IMG/VR virus record: IMGVR_UViG_3300021090_000024
Location: 1 to 55,879 of that record
Strand: one strand, 5' to 3'
Length of the DNA: 55,879 bases
Origin: a virus
Lineage: Duplodnaviria > Caudoviricetes
Both the position numbers and the translations under genes were made by a program. The notes beneath the pieces were generated by a model. That model made no database searches. It was not told where the DNA came from and saw nothing but the letters and a program-made list of their open reading frames with translations. Positions 1-9,054 of the stretch are shown one piece after another (the stretch's first letter is position 1; each line of letters begins with the position of its first letter).

Positions 1-600
1 GCGCCTTGTGTGGCGCGCATTGTGCTTTGCGCACTGTGCCCAATATCTTACATAGTGCGCGTGGCGCAGGGTATGTAAGATATTGGGATTTGGCCTCACA
101 CCACGCGCGCCGTGTGGTGTACGTGGTGCAGTGCGCATATGCGTACATGCCCAATATCTTACATGGCCTCGATGCATACCATACACACACCACACACGTG
201 GTCGTGTACGTGGTGGTGGTGGAGGGAAGGCAACGCACGGCGCGCCGTGCGTACCGTGGCGCGTGGTGTGCCTACCTATCCTCAGTGCACCACACACGTG
301 GTGTGTGGTGGTGGCGCGTGGTGGTGCGTGCCCTGGCCTCAGTCTACCAGTGCACACGTGGCGCGTGGTGGGGTGTGTGCATACGTGGGCGTGGTACGTG
401 TACGTGGTGGTGGAGGGAAGGCGCGCGCCATGCGTACGTGGTGTACTCCGGCCACCACCACGCGCCACGTGGTGGGACACATGTGGTGTGTGGTGGTGAG
501 TAAGAGGAAGAGTAAGCACACCACACACAAGGTAAGTAGAGACACACAACGCAAACGTGTAAACAGAAACGCAATAGAACAAGTGTGTGACCCCACGACC
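1..600. repeat. Low-complexity GTG/CAC-rich non-coding region with direct and inverted repeats
   Basis: TGCCCAATATCTTACAT at 37-53 and 148-164, with an inverted 15-nt copy at 73-87; GTGGTGGTGGAGGGAAGGC at 213-231 and 404-422; CACCACACAC/GTGTGTGGTG inverted repeat at 288-310; ORFs here are compositional artefacts. Confidence 0.75.
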
Positions 601-692
601 CCCCCACGTACAAATGTTCTAAAGAACCTATGTGCGCGTCTACCACGCGGGCACCTCCGCAGTGGACTAGGCGTCGCGCTTTGTAAGGTATA

Positions 693-835
693 CCCCTACT
701 CTCTACGCACGAGTTCCTTTTAGAATGAAAGGTAGTGCCGGTGCTGTAGGTTCACCCTGACCGAACGTACTACCCCCCTGGTGTTGCGCGCGGAGTTCCT
801 TTTATGCCCCCTAGTCTCTAAGCATGAGTTCCTTT
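693..835 (+). promoter_or_regulatory. Repeated operator/promoter-like boxes upstream of the first gene
   Basis: 28-nt repeat (25/28 identical) at 693-720 and 808-835; core GAGTTCCTTT also at 793-802. Confidence 0.5.
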
Positions 836-857
836 AGGGTGGTATAGGAGGTATGCA

Positions 858-1532
858 ATGAACTTTGTTGACGACGACTGGAAGCCGCACGCAAGCCATG
901 TGATGACAGAGTGGCATTCCACCATCTTGTCGATGGCTAGTAACGACCGTTTCGGAGACATCCGCGAATGTCAAAATTGTCATGGCGAAGAAGCGCGCGC
1001 TGGTGGAGCGGGGAGCCATGTCAGACATTATGAACTTGATTTTCTTTGTTGTGTAAGTCAAGTCAACGCTGAATGGGAAGAGGCGTTCGAGAAACATTTC
1101 GAACCTTCAAACTTCAGCACACCCGCTCTCAAAGCAGCGGTGGCCGAGGTATTCCGCGCGGGATGGAACGCGGCAGAGCTACAGAGGGCGATTGCATTAG
1201 AAGCAAAGCTGGAAATTGCTACCGAGAGGGCTGAGCAACTTAAGGAAGCACTGAAATCAACTGCTAACGCAGAAGGAAACGCATTAGAGAGGGCTGAGAC
1301 GGCAGAGCGGGTAGCAGAACGTAATGCGGAGAAGGCGGGACTTCTGGATATTGTGGCTGATTGGCGATTAGACAAGGCAATAGAGCACTTCGGTGAATTG
1401 CTGGCCGTGAGCCGTAGTCTTGGTCGTGAGCCGAACCCAATTCTATATCGCTATCAAGGATGGCTGCTCATGTTGAAAGATAGTATTGGTGCCCTGACCA
1501 CGCCAGCGCCAACAGAGACGGAGATGAAATGA
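858..1532 (+). CDS. Hypothetical protein (N-terminal Zn-ribbon-like motif, C-terminal coiled coil)
   Basis: SD AGGAGG; CxxC; Ala/Glu-rich heptads. Confidence 0.75.
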   Translation: MNFVDDDWKPHASHVMTEWHSTILSMASNDRFGDIRECQNCHGEEARAGGAGSHVRHYELDFLCCVSQVNAEWEEAFEKHFEPSNFSTPALKAAVAEVFRAGWNAAELQRAIALEAKLEIATERAEQLKEALKSTANAEGNALERAETAERVAERNAEKAGLLDIVADWRLDKAIEHFGELLAVSRSLGREPNPILYRYQGWLLMLKDSIGALTTPAPTETEMK

Positions 1533-1669
1533 GTAAGAAGCCTGACTGTCAGAAAGATGGTCATCTCTTCAGTATTGCGCCGTCGCGTGTCTTAGGTTGG
1601 GGACGTGTACCTGTAGCTCAATGCCTCCATTGCCCTTATCGGCGTGTCTATTGGGAGTGGTTGGTATGA
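1529..1669 (+). CDS. Small Zn-ribbon protein (46 aa)
   Basis: ATGA overlap with the upstream gene; CxxxGH...CxxC. Confidence 0.5.
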   Translation: MSKKPDCQKDGHLFSIAPSRVLGWGRVPVAQCLHCPYRRVYWEWLV

Positions 1670-1911
1670 CCACTAACGCCGAGGGCCAGGGGTGGCCATG
1701 ATGACTACCAGTGGCGGTGTGAGCGCTGCCCTGGCGCTGGTCTCGACGCGCGCGACGTATTGCGCGAGTGGGGCGGCGTCAACGTCTATAGTGGTGGGAA
1801 GGGGATTGAGATGTGGCTTATAGCTAACGACATCCCTTGTTTCTATGTACATGGTGATCTATATTGAACTTGCACGGCTCCGAGTCAAAGTACCGGAAGC
1901 AAAGGAGAGAT

Positions 1912-2352
1912 ATGAACATCCCATTTGAAAACCCTATGTTACTCGTGAAGGAGACACGGCTGAACGCGGTCGGTCTCGTGTTTGTTAAGGCGGAGGGCGC
2001 GTCGCGTCCTGTGCCTGTAGAGATGGAGAACCGGCGTGTCGGCGAAGTAGTCGACATCCCTGGCCCCTCCGTTCATTTCACCTGGTGGTCGGAGTATGGC
2101 CCTGCGCCCGTGCCTGGCGACTGGCTGGATATGCGCCTCACCAAGCTCGTGCATGATGAGGTTTACCTCTCGGCAGATGAGGCGGTGGCGCGCGATAGGC
2201 TCCGGCGGAGCGAGATCGAGGCTGCGGCAGTAGTGTTAGATGAAGAGGGGCGCGTCTTACGAATGGACGAGCGTTTGCAATTTAACACTGCGGGCCTACG
2301 TTTCCTTGTTGTCCCGCATGACGAATATGCGCGGCTGTATCACTTAGTCTAG
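1912..2352 (+). CDS. Hypothetical protein
   Basis: SD AAGGAG before ATG 1912. Confidence 0.7.
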   Translation: MNIPFENPMLLVKETRLNAVGLVFVKAEGASRPVPVEMENRRVGEVVDIPGPSVHFTWWSEYGPAPVPGDWLDMRLTKLVHDEVYLSADEAVARDRLRRSEIEAAAVVLDEEGRVLRMDERLQFNTAGLRFLVVPHDEYARLYHLV

Positions 2353-2389
2353 GAAATGACGAAGGGCCGTGCACCCTTTTGGAGACGCC

Positions 2390-2596
2390 ATGACTCGCAG
2401 CTACAGGCCTTACACTTATCACGGTTATAGTTACCCATCTATCTTCGCCAACCGTCTCGGTTGGTTCTTTTGGAAGCGCCTCTTCTGCCGCACCGGTTGG
2501 CACCTGTGGGATGAAGTATGGTCGCTGGACTTCCACGGCCTCTTTTGTGATGCGTGCGAGATTGAGGAAGAGATTAAAGATGCCGCCGACGTTTAA
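2390..2596 (+). CDS. Small Zn-ribbon protein (DUF1660-like pattern)
   Basis: SD GGAG; CxxGWHxW...CxxC. Confidence 0.6.
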   Translation: MTRSYRPYTYHGYSYPSIFANRLGWFFWKRLFCRTGWHLWDEVWSLDFHGLFCDACEIEEEIKDAADV

Positions 2597-2732
2597 GTTC
2601 TGCGGTAAGTGTGGTGAGATGTACGTCTATATGCGCGTGCATAAGATCATGAGCGGGCATCGTCCCACGCCGCCGCCCACGATGCCGGAGCGTTCGATGG
2701 GCATCAGACAAGATCGTGTAGGCGGGCTATGA
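2580..2732 (+). CDS. Small hypothetical protein
   Basis: CxxC; overlaps both neighbours. Confidence 0.45.
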   Translation: MPPTFKFCGKCGEMYVYMRVHKIMSGHRPTPPPTMPERSMGIRQDRVGGL

Positions 2733-2992
2733 GCATTCGTTGGCGGAAAGATGGGCGAATGCTATGTGCGGCTATGACAGAGCCGGAAGAGAACGACACA
2801 TACATAGACGACCGGCTGCACTATCAATTATCTGTAATCTCGCGCACCATTCTCGCGGACGTGAATCATGAGACAAACGGCCTATGGCATTGGGTTCATA
2901 ATGATTTCCTGCGTGTCGAAGCGGAGCACGCCGTCATTGCCAGATTGGAAAAAGCATGTACGCCATCAACATCACCGCTAGTCTCGATTTAG
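2729..2992 (+). CDS. Hypothetical protein
   Basis: ATGA coupling with the upstream ORF. Confidence 0.6.
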   Translation: MSIRWRKDGRMLCAAMTEPEENDTYIDDRLHYQLSVISRTILADVNHETNGLWHWVHNDFLRVEAEHAVIARLEKACTPSTSPLVSI

Positions 2993-3201
2993 AACGCTAC
3001 ACTGCGCTCGCGAAACTGCGCGCTTATGGCGGCTCTCACTATGAGGATGGCTGGCTCACCTATCGTGTTGAATTACATGATGTGGAAGTGGCTGATGAAT
3101 GGGTGGCGGAGCACGCCACGGCGGGCTTTTCGCTGTCGCGCCGCGATGAGAAACGGCTGAAGGAAATGGAGAAGGAGGACGACGATGGAAATCTCGCGTA
3201 A
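2956..3201 (+). CDS. Hypothetical protein
   Basis: ORF in the tightly packed + strand chain. Confidence 0.6.
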   Translation: MYAINITASLDLERYTALAKLRAYGGSHYEDGWLTYRVELHDVEVADEWVAEHATAGFSLSRRDEKRLKEMEKEDDDGNLA

Positions 3202-3406
3202 GGATTTGCTCAAAGTCGGCGATGCCATGCGCTATGTTAATTGGGCGGGGCCATGTATGCGTGGATATGTAACGCGCGTTGGGCGGACACGCTACAATGT
3301 AGATGATGGCCGCGCCTACATCTACTTCTTCGAGGCGCATACTGAGCCATGCGAGCGCTGCACCGATCATCCGCAGACGGATTATCCACGAGGATACGAT
3401 CTATAG
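3185..3406 (+). CDS. Hypothetical protein
   Basis: SD AGGAGG upstream. Confidence 0.65.
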   Translation: MEISRKDLLKVGDAMRYVNWAGPCMRGYVTRVGRTRYNVDDGRAYIYFFEAHTEPCERCTDHPQTDYPRGYDL

Positions 3407-3564
3407 TGCCGTAACATTTTCACGGCACAGGCGTTTTTCACAGTAGCGGTGAAAATATTAGGAGGAATGAAAATGATAACTGTTCGACTACTCGCGTATT
3501 ACGTTTTTATCTTTGGTGTCGTTGTAGTAATGGCGCAATGCCTAAGCGGTGGGGCGATCTACTG

Positions 3565-3915
3565 ATGAAATCCCTCGAAGCTATTAAGGCGGAGAACATC
3601 GCCAACGCTTGTAACGGTATCGAAGGCGGAAGACACGACCTTCGCATTCAAGGCCATCCGAATTTTTCTCGCATCTATAGAGAATTCGCCACAGCCGACA
3701 ATCTCGACGTGGAGCTTACCTGCATCAAATGCGGTATCTCACGTAAGTGGCTAGGCGATCCCGACCGCCCAATCCGCGATCTACTCATCAGCCTGTATTC
3801 CGAACATGCGCTAGTGCCCACACCAGATGGTTATTTGTCCATCGAGAACCCCGTTCTGCTGCTCGATAAACTGACAGAGATCACAGAAATTCTCGCGGAG
3901 GAAGCCGATGTATGA
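3565..3915 (+). CDS. Hypothetical protein with Zn-ribbon motif
   Basis: C...H...CxxC pattern; coupled to neighbours. Confidence 0.6.
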   Translation: MKSLEAIKAENIANACNGIEGGRHDLRIQGHPNFSRIYREFATADNLDVELTCIKCGISRKWLGDPDRPIRDLLISLYSEHALVPTPDGYLSIENPVLLLDKLTEITEILAEEADV

Positions 3916-4207
3916 GTCCAATGCCTTACGTACCATGACTCCCGAAGAAGTGGCGGAATGGGAACAAGCCTTGGATGCACTAGAAGCAGCACAAACTTAC
4001 TCCCTCCGAAATTTCAAACAATTCAAAGGCGCGGCTGACTGGTCTCTCGACTTCACGTTCGACTTCTGCCGTCAGGGTAAGTTGCTGCGCAATCCATTTT
4101 GGGTACGGCCCCTAACTCCTAACCACAATACGCTCACACTTTTCGGGATTATTCTATTCCGTCTAAGTTTGCGTGTGGTGCTTAGTTGCACAAAGGCAAA
4201 TGTCTAA
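3908..4207 (+). CDS. Hypothetical protein
   Basis: SD GGAGG. Confidence 0.6.
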   Translation: MYESNALRTMTPEEVAEWEQALDALEAAQTYSLRNFKQFKGAADWSLDFTFDFCRQGKLLRNPFWVRPLTPNHNTLTLFGIILFRLSLRVVLSCTKANV

Positions 4208-4539
4208 TGGGACAGTTAATAAAAATTGACGAAGGCTTTTGGCAGATGGTCTATACCGATGCGGAAGTTGAGGCTGCATGGTTAAAGCCGGATCGCTATT
4301 TCTTGAGCCGCATGTTCGAAGGAGAATTTTACACAGCAAAAGTAAAGTGCACCAAAGACACGGCCATCGAAATCGCTCAACTTTGGCTCACAAAAATCTT
4401 CACCGATCCAGCCTGTCAATACTACGATGGTCAACGGCTTTGGCTTTACTGCGGAGCCGCAGGGAGCAACGCGGCCACTGTCCTTGCCGCTACTGAAGCC
4501 CTCATCGATGGTTATCTTGCTGCTATACGTAAAGCCTAA
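4207..4539 (+). CDS. Hypothetical protein
   Basis: TAATG coupling. Confidence 0.65.
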   Translation: MGQLIKIDEGFWQMVYTDAEVEAAWLKPDRYFLSRMFEGEFYTAKVKCTKDTAIEIAQLWLTKIFTDPACQYYDGQRLWLYCGAAGSNAATVLAATEALIDGYLAAIRKA

Positions 4540-4540
4540 C

Positions 4541-5137
4541 ATGATCGAAGAAGTAGCAGAGCTTCGGCAAGGTTGGCGCACAGTAGCGATTGATCCAACT
4601 GGCACCATGTATGGCCATCGTTCACATGATGTCTTAGCTTCCTATGATTTACAAGCCGAGTGTCGTCCAATTGTAAATGAGGATGCAGCCCAACACTGGA
4701 CGAATTTTACCTTAGCCCAACGACAGGCTTTAGCTGCTAAGCATCTAGCTACTGGCGAATGTGGTTGCGGTTATTATGTTCTAAGTGATCCGCCTTTCGA
4801 GCGTATGCTTGGCGGATGGAGATGGGAGCAGCAACTTGTCACGCATTATTATAAACAGGCAGGCGTTAGTCAGACTTATTGGCATTGCGCAGTTTTTGTA
4901 ACCTATTGGGGTTATGCGGCTAAATTTGATGTGCCTCTAAGTTTCGTCAACGACCTGGCGGATGAAGAACGTGAAAAACGCTGGATAAGACGGGTACAAT
5001 TTGTTCGGCATGAGGCTATAATTGTACCTAATGCAATGACTGTTAAGCTTATAGCAGATATTCAATCTATCTACACTGTACCAGTCATGCATTTAGAGGA
5101 GTGGCAAAATGGAAACCGGCAAACAACGCAAGATTGA
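4541..5137 (+). CDS. GWR...CxCGxY family protein, function unknown
   Basis: Motifs GWR, H-x5-CGCGYY, VTYWG. Confidence 0.7.
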   Translation: MIEEVAELRQGWRTVAIDPTGTMYGHRSHDVLASYDLQAECRPIVNEDAAQHWTNFTLAQRQALAAKHLATGECGCGYYVLSDPPFERMLGGWRWEQQLVTHYYKQAGVSQTYWHCAVFVTYWGYAAKFDVPLSFVNDLADEEREKRWIRRVQFVRHEAIIVPNAMTVKLIADIQSIYTVPVMHLEEWQNGNRQTTQD

Positions 5138-5237
5138 AATCATCCAAGCACCTGTGCGTGCGCCACAGCTTCAGCCAGTACGTGTACCAGATCGTGAGCG
5201 CGAAGCCGTGCCAGCGGGCGCACCCCAACGTCGATGA
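5109..5237 (+). CDS. Small Pro-rich peptide (42 aa)
   Basis: SD GAGGAG; METGKQRKIEIIQAPV...; ATGA overlap with the next gene. Confidence 0.55.
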   Translation: METGKQRKIEIIQAPVRAPQLQPVRVPDREREAVPAGAPQRR

Positions 5238-5587
5238 GATTACTCATCACTGGCTCACGTGGATTTGATAACCGAAAGTTGATGCATCGAGTCCTCCTTG
5301 AGGCTTGGGATAATGGTTATCGCGTTCTTATCCATGGCGCTGCGAGAGGTGCCGACCGTCTAGCCGCAGAAGTGGGAGAACGAATTGGTTTTGAAATCGA
5401 GGCCTATCCGGTACGTCGACAACTCGATGGGCCGTGGCCCGCTGCCGGTGTGAAGCGGAACAGTCGGATGCTCGAAGAGAGTCAGCCGCATATATGCTTC
5501 GCCTTCCCTCTAGCCGATAGCAGAGGCACGTGGGATATGGTGAATAAGTGCAAGGCGGCGGATGTACCATATGTGATTTGCACGTAA
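5234..5587 (+). CDS. SLOG superfamily YspA/DUF2493-like protein
   Basis: ITGSRGF, IHGAARGAD, AGVKRNxxM, SRGTWDM motifs. Confidence 0.9.
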   Translation: MRLLITGSRGFDNRKLMHRVLLEAWDNGYRVLIHGAARGADRLAAEVGERIGFEIEAYPVRRQLDGPWPAAGVKRNSRMLEESQPHICFAFPLADSRGTWDMVNKCKAADVPYVICT

Positions 5588-5601
5588 ACTAAGGTTGGCG
5601 C

Positions 5602-5844
5602 ATGATGCTAGATATGATCACATTTGCAATCCTATGGGTCGGGATTCTCAATCTCCCCCGTATCGTGAGATTGATCCGACGGGGTTTCTCCTTCCTATTC
5701 AAGGACATGGCTTGGTGTGCCTTTGGCTTCCATCGCTGGAACGAATGGCGTCACGATGGCCGGTACATCCGCCAATACAAAGCCGACATTCGGCTCTGCA
5801 CCATCACAGGCTGTCGAGCACGTCAGGAGCGTTCCTATGTCTAA
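5602..5844 (+). CDS. Small membrane-anchored Zn-ribbon protein
   Basis: Hydrophobic N-terminus; CxxGFHRW...CxxxxC. Confidence 0.55.
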   Translation: MMLDMITFAILWVGILNLPRIVRLIRRGFSFLFKDMAWCAFGFHRWNEWRHDGRYIRQYKADIRLCTITGCRARQERSYV

Positions 5845-6322
5845 TGCACCGTATCCGCACTGCGATTCTTTGGTACTTCATGCCCCAGGAGAATGCGTGT
5901 TCTGTGACGACCGGCCTGATCTTCAAGCCTATCGACAAGAGCATGGTTTGAATTTCACCGGTCATGGGCCTGACATGGCCTCAGCACGGCGTCCGGTCGA
6001 GACCATCAACCAATGGTCTGGAAATCGGCCTGTTACCCAAACCGATATAGATGATTTCTCCACACAAACCCGTCGCACATTCAACTTGATGGTAGCCACT
6101 AAGACGGTACTCGGCGAAGTGAATGTAGTTTGTGATCGCTGTCGCAAAGAGGTTACGGGCTGGAATACTGTACAAGGTACGTCAAACTTTTATGCACTTC
6201 GGCCAGACGATTCACGGGAGTTCCCTTGGGCCTCGTGCTTTGGGCCGGATGAGGTAATCATTTGCGATGCCTGCATGTATGCTGACCCAGGCTACATCGC
6301 AGCATACGGGTCACGTGGCTGA
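5837..6322 (+). CDS. Cys-rich hypothetical protein
   Basis: SD AGGAG; three CxxC motifs. Confidence 0.7.
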   Translation: MSNAPYPHCDSLVLHAPGECVFCDDRPDLQAYRQEHGLNFTGHGPDMASARRPVETINQWSGNRPVTQTDIDDFSTQTRRTFNLMVATKTVLGEVNVVCDRCRKEVTGWNTVQGTSNFYALRPDDSREFPWASCFGPDEVIICDACMYADPGYIAAYGSRG

Positions 6323-6555
6323 TGGACGATCTAGTAGAGTACGCTTTAGAAAACGATGGACAGCGCCGACGCATTCGTGAATTGCTTGTGCTCCTTCGTA
6401 AGTCACATGATCTCATGGATGACTACAACGTGCAGCATGATCCGCAACAAAAGGTGCCGCGTTGCCTCTGGTGCCATACTCAAGGCGTTGACATTTTTGG
6501 TCAAATGCACACAACTGATTGCATACTCGTGCAGATCAGATTAGCAACACAATAA
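6322..6555 (+). CDS. Hypothetical protein (CxxC...HxxxC)
   Basis: TGATG coupling. Confidence 0.6.
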   Translation: MDDLVEYALENDGQRRRIRELLVLLRKSHDLMDDYNVQHDPQQKVPRCLWCHTQGVDIFGQMHTTDCILVQIRLATQ

Positions 6556-6567
6556 CGGAGGAAAGAA

Positions 6568-6732
6568 ATGCCTGAATTGACGATTTGGCGACTACGGGAT
6601 TTTGACGATGATCGCGGCCCATTCAGTGATTGTACTCAGGCTGAAGTTATGGCTGCTATCGCAAATGGCGATGCAGTGGCAGAGTATGTATCGATAGAAG
6701 AGCCAGAGGTGCCGGATGCCCTTCGGCCCTAA
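6568..6732 (+). CDS. Small acidic hypothetical protein (54 aa)
   Basis: SD GGAGG; not in the ORF track. Confidence 0.55.
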   Translation: MPELTIWRLRDFDDDRGPFSDCTQAEVMAAIANGDAVAEYVSIEEPEVPDALRP

Positions 6733-6895
6733 CTGCGAATACGCTACCTTCGATGAGTGTGTAAAGGCAAACAAGGATAAGAAAGACCCTGACGCCTATT
6801 GCGCTACCATCATGCGTGACACCGAAGAGCACTGCAAAAACAAGAGCTTCGTGACTGTTATGCGCGATCTCTTCACGCGGTTTAAGCGAGGATGA
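6716..6895 (+). CDS. Small Cys-containing protein (59 aa)
   Basis: SD GAGG; MPFGPNCEYATFDECV...AYC; not in the ORF track. Confidence 0.55.
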   Translation: MPFGPNCEYATFDECVKANKDKKDPDAYCATIMRDTEEHCKNKSFVTVMRDLFTRFKRG

Positions 6896-6896
6896 T

Positions 6897-7424
6897 GTGG
6901 CTGAAATCCCTGTAGAGGAATTGACATTAAGCACCGTCTTTAGGGTGAAGCGTGTGAGGCTTCACCCCAATGATTTGCATACAATTTTTCTTACCTGTTA
7001 TTCCGGCTCTCTAGTAGCCATGACGCTATATACTAATGGGTCGGAACCATGCCCCTTTTTGGAGGGCGACTTTTACGGCACAGAGATAAGTCAACATGGC
7101 GATTGGCATCTCGTGCGTTTGCCGCAAACCACAATCGATTATATTAGAATTGAAGAAGCTGCAATTGCAGCGCTCTCACCGGCTGAAAAGGCTAAGCGCA
7201 CTAAGGCATGGCATAACAGAGTTCGAACCATTTCTGAAGAAATACGTCGAGAAAAGCTTCGACATCATGCTACTGATTCTGAAGAACAGTGTGAATCTAA
7301 ATTGTTTCTTTCACAAAATGAGGCTCCAATTAACTGCCAGTATGTCTTAGGACATTCTGGATCGCATTGGAATGGACGCGGTATGGGCGACGGTTATACA
7401 TGGGATGATGCTGATGTGCTGTAA
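6897..7424 (+). CDS. Hypothetical protein with C-terminal C..C..HxGxH Zn-binding motif
   Basis: SD GAGGA before GTG; CQYVLGHSGSH. Confidence 0.65.
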   Translation: MAEIPVEELTLSTVFRVKRVRLHPNDLHTIFLTCYSGSLVAMTLYTNGSEPCPFLEGDFYGTEISQHGDWHLVRLPQTTIDYIRIEEAAIAALSPAEKAKRTKAWHNRVRTISEEIRREKLRHHATDSEEQCESKLFLSQNEAPINCQYVLGHSGSHWNGRGMGDGYTWDDADVL

Positions 7425-7950
7425 CACTAGAGTAGATGTCCGCCTTCCAAGGGACGAGATTGCGTCGATCCTGCTTATTGCGGGATTTCGTGCGACACAA
7501 CATCCGCCTCTATTCATCCGTGAATTCGAGCCAATGCAGACTGAACGTCGTTGGATGGACGGCACCCCTATAACCGAAAACCGGCTAGTGCGGGCAACGA
7601 TACAGCCCTATGGTGTAAGCTTCTCCCTATCCCCATCTATCGCCAGTCACACTGAGGAACAGCACGCTCTCAATGCCCTTGGTGCGGCCATCATGTTCAA
7701 AACCGTCATGACGCTAGCCGAGCGCGGCGGCGGTAGTGCACGACAACTTCTACTGATGGCCGATTGCTTACGCGAAAATAGTTCGGATAGTAGGCTCTTA
7801 GCGGACTATAGTATAGAGCCTCCGATACAACTCGATTTCGCAAACCTATGTCTCGGCTTTAGAACCGTTTTGCTACAAGGCATAGGCGATGCTACAAGGG
7901 GAGCATTCGATGGAGAGTACCATTCGGAACCAGAAGCGCCGCCAGCGTGA
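7414..7950 (+). CDS. Hypothetical protein
   Basis: Long ORF in the chain; start uncertain. Confidence 0.6.
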   Translation: MCCNTRVDVRLPRDEIASILLIAGFRATQHPPLFIREFEPMQTERRWMDGTPITENRLVRATIQPYGVSFSLSPSIASHTEEQHALNALGAAIMFKTVMTLAERGGGSARQLLLMADCLRENSSDSRLLADYSIEPPIQLDFANLCLGFRTVLLQGIGDATRGAFDGEYHSEPEAPPA

Positions 7951-8437
7951 GCGTGCTGCTGATCTCCTAAAACGAGTTTGCACCCATCTCGGATATGAGT
8001 GTTGGTGGTGCAAACGGCCTCTAGTCTTAGCTAGAGACATCCCTGATGTCAATGTACTCAAGCGCACTGCGGATCATCTCACCTGGCGGTCTAATCGTCA
8101 CGGGCCGATCACAAAGTTGATCGCTACTGTGGATCATGTGTTACCATTAGCAGATGGTGGCAACAATTACTATACGAACCTGGTGCCGTCCTGCGGGCCA
8201 TGTAATCGGGATCGTACCAACAGGCCAGCCATATTCGCGAGACGGTTAGAGCAATTTCGCAGAGAGGCCTACAATGCCGAGCTACAACATACCATTCAAA
8301 GGCAGGGGAGTGGACGAAGCTGGCTACCAAGCGGTAGTGGCCAAAGCACTGCGCGAAGAAACCAGCGGGCCAGTCCTCATACGACCGCGAGGCCGTATTC
8401 GCGGAAAGTCGTGGGACAGCTACAAGAGGCTTTCTAA
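7910..8437 (+). CDS. HNH endonuclease
   Basis: CWWC...TVDHVLPLADGGNNYYTNLVPSCGPCN. Confidence 0.85.
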   Translation: MESTIRNQKRRQRERAADLLKRVCTHLGYECWWCKRPLVLARDIPDVNVLKRTADHLTWRSNRHGPITKLIATVDHVLPLADGGNNYYTNLVPSCGPCNRDRTNRPAIFARRLEQFRREAYNAELQHTIQRQGSGRSWLPSGSGQSTARRNQRASPHTTARPYSRKVVGQLQEAF

Positions 8438-8448
8438 AAACTAGCAAA

Positions 8449-8546
8449 ATCCATAGTTGATACATCAATGTTAATCGGCGTATATGAAAATAGATACGAA
8501 AATGGCCTAATATACGGCGATTAACATTTATGTATCAACTATGGAT
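8449..8546. repeat. 37-bp inverted repeat (35/37 paired) with a 24-nt spacer
   Basis: Arms 8449-8485 and 8510-8546; AT-rich. Confidence 0.9.
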
Positions 8547-8588
8547 ACAAAACCTTCCTGAAAAAATCGGGGAAAAAGGAGTGAAAAC

Positions 8589-8798
8589 ATGGACAATTGC
8601 ATCTGTCAGCCTTTCATCTCATATTGGGATGGGAGCGCCTATGCCGGTGAATTCAACAGCATACCAACCAGAGATTGCCCTGAACATGGTGATGCTGCTG
8701 AGGAGCGCTTTCGTGCGCTTGTGACTGCCATTGATGAAGTACATCGCGAAGCAGGGATCGATTCGAAAGACGGCTTTGAACTAGGCGGTGGTCACTAA
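8589..8798 (+). CDS. Small hypothetical protein
   Basis: SD AAGGAG; CxC...CPEHG. Confidence 0.6.
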   Translation: MDNCICQPFISYWDGSAYAGEFNSIPTRDCPEHGDAAEERFRALVTAIDEVHREAGIDSKDGFELGGGH

Positions 8799-9054
8799 TG
8801 ACTACTGTGATTGGCATTCCGCTCCCTGGCGTGCGGGTGACTATGCCCACTGTACGCGACTACCCTGGTATCCATATCAGTAGGCCACAGCCCAAGCCAA
8901 ATAGCGCTCCTAAGAAGGTCTAGCATGAACCCATTGAAGAAGCTGAAGCATCGGGCGCAGCGCGTTGGCGGAGCATACGGCCATCAGCATGTCAATAAAT
9001 GGTTAAAGCGGGCGGCGAATCGTTTCATCCGCCGCTTCCTAAAGGAGGAACGTC

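Noticed and set aside
6-723. Overlapping ORFs of 138-203 aa
   Set aside because: Translations of low-complexity GTG/CAC sequence (Val/His/Trp/Cys-rich), with no SD and open in several frames at once.
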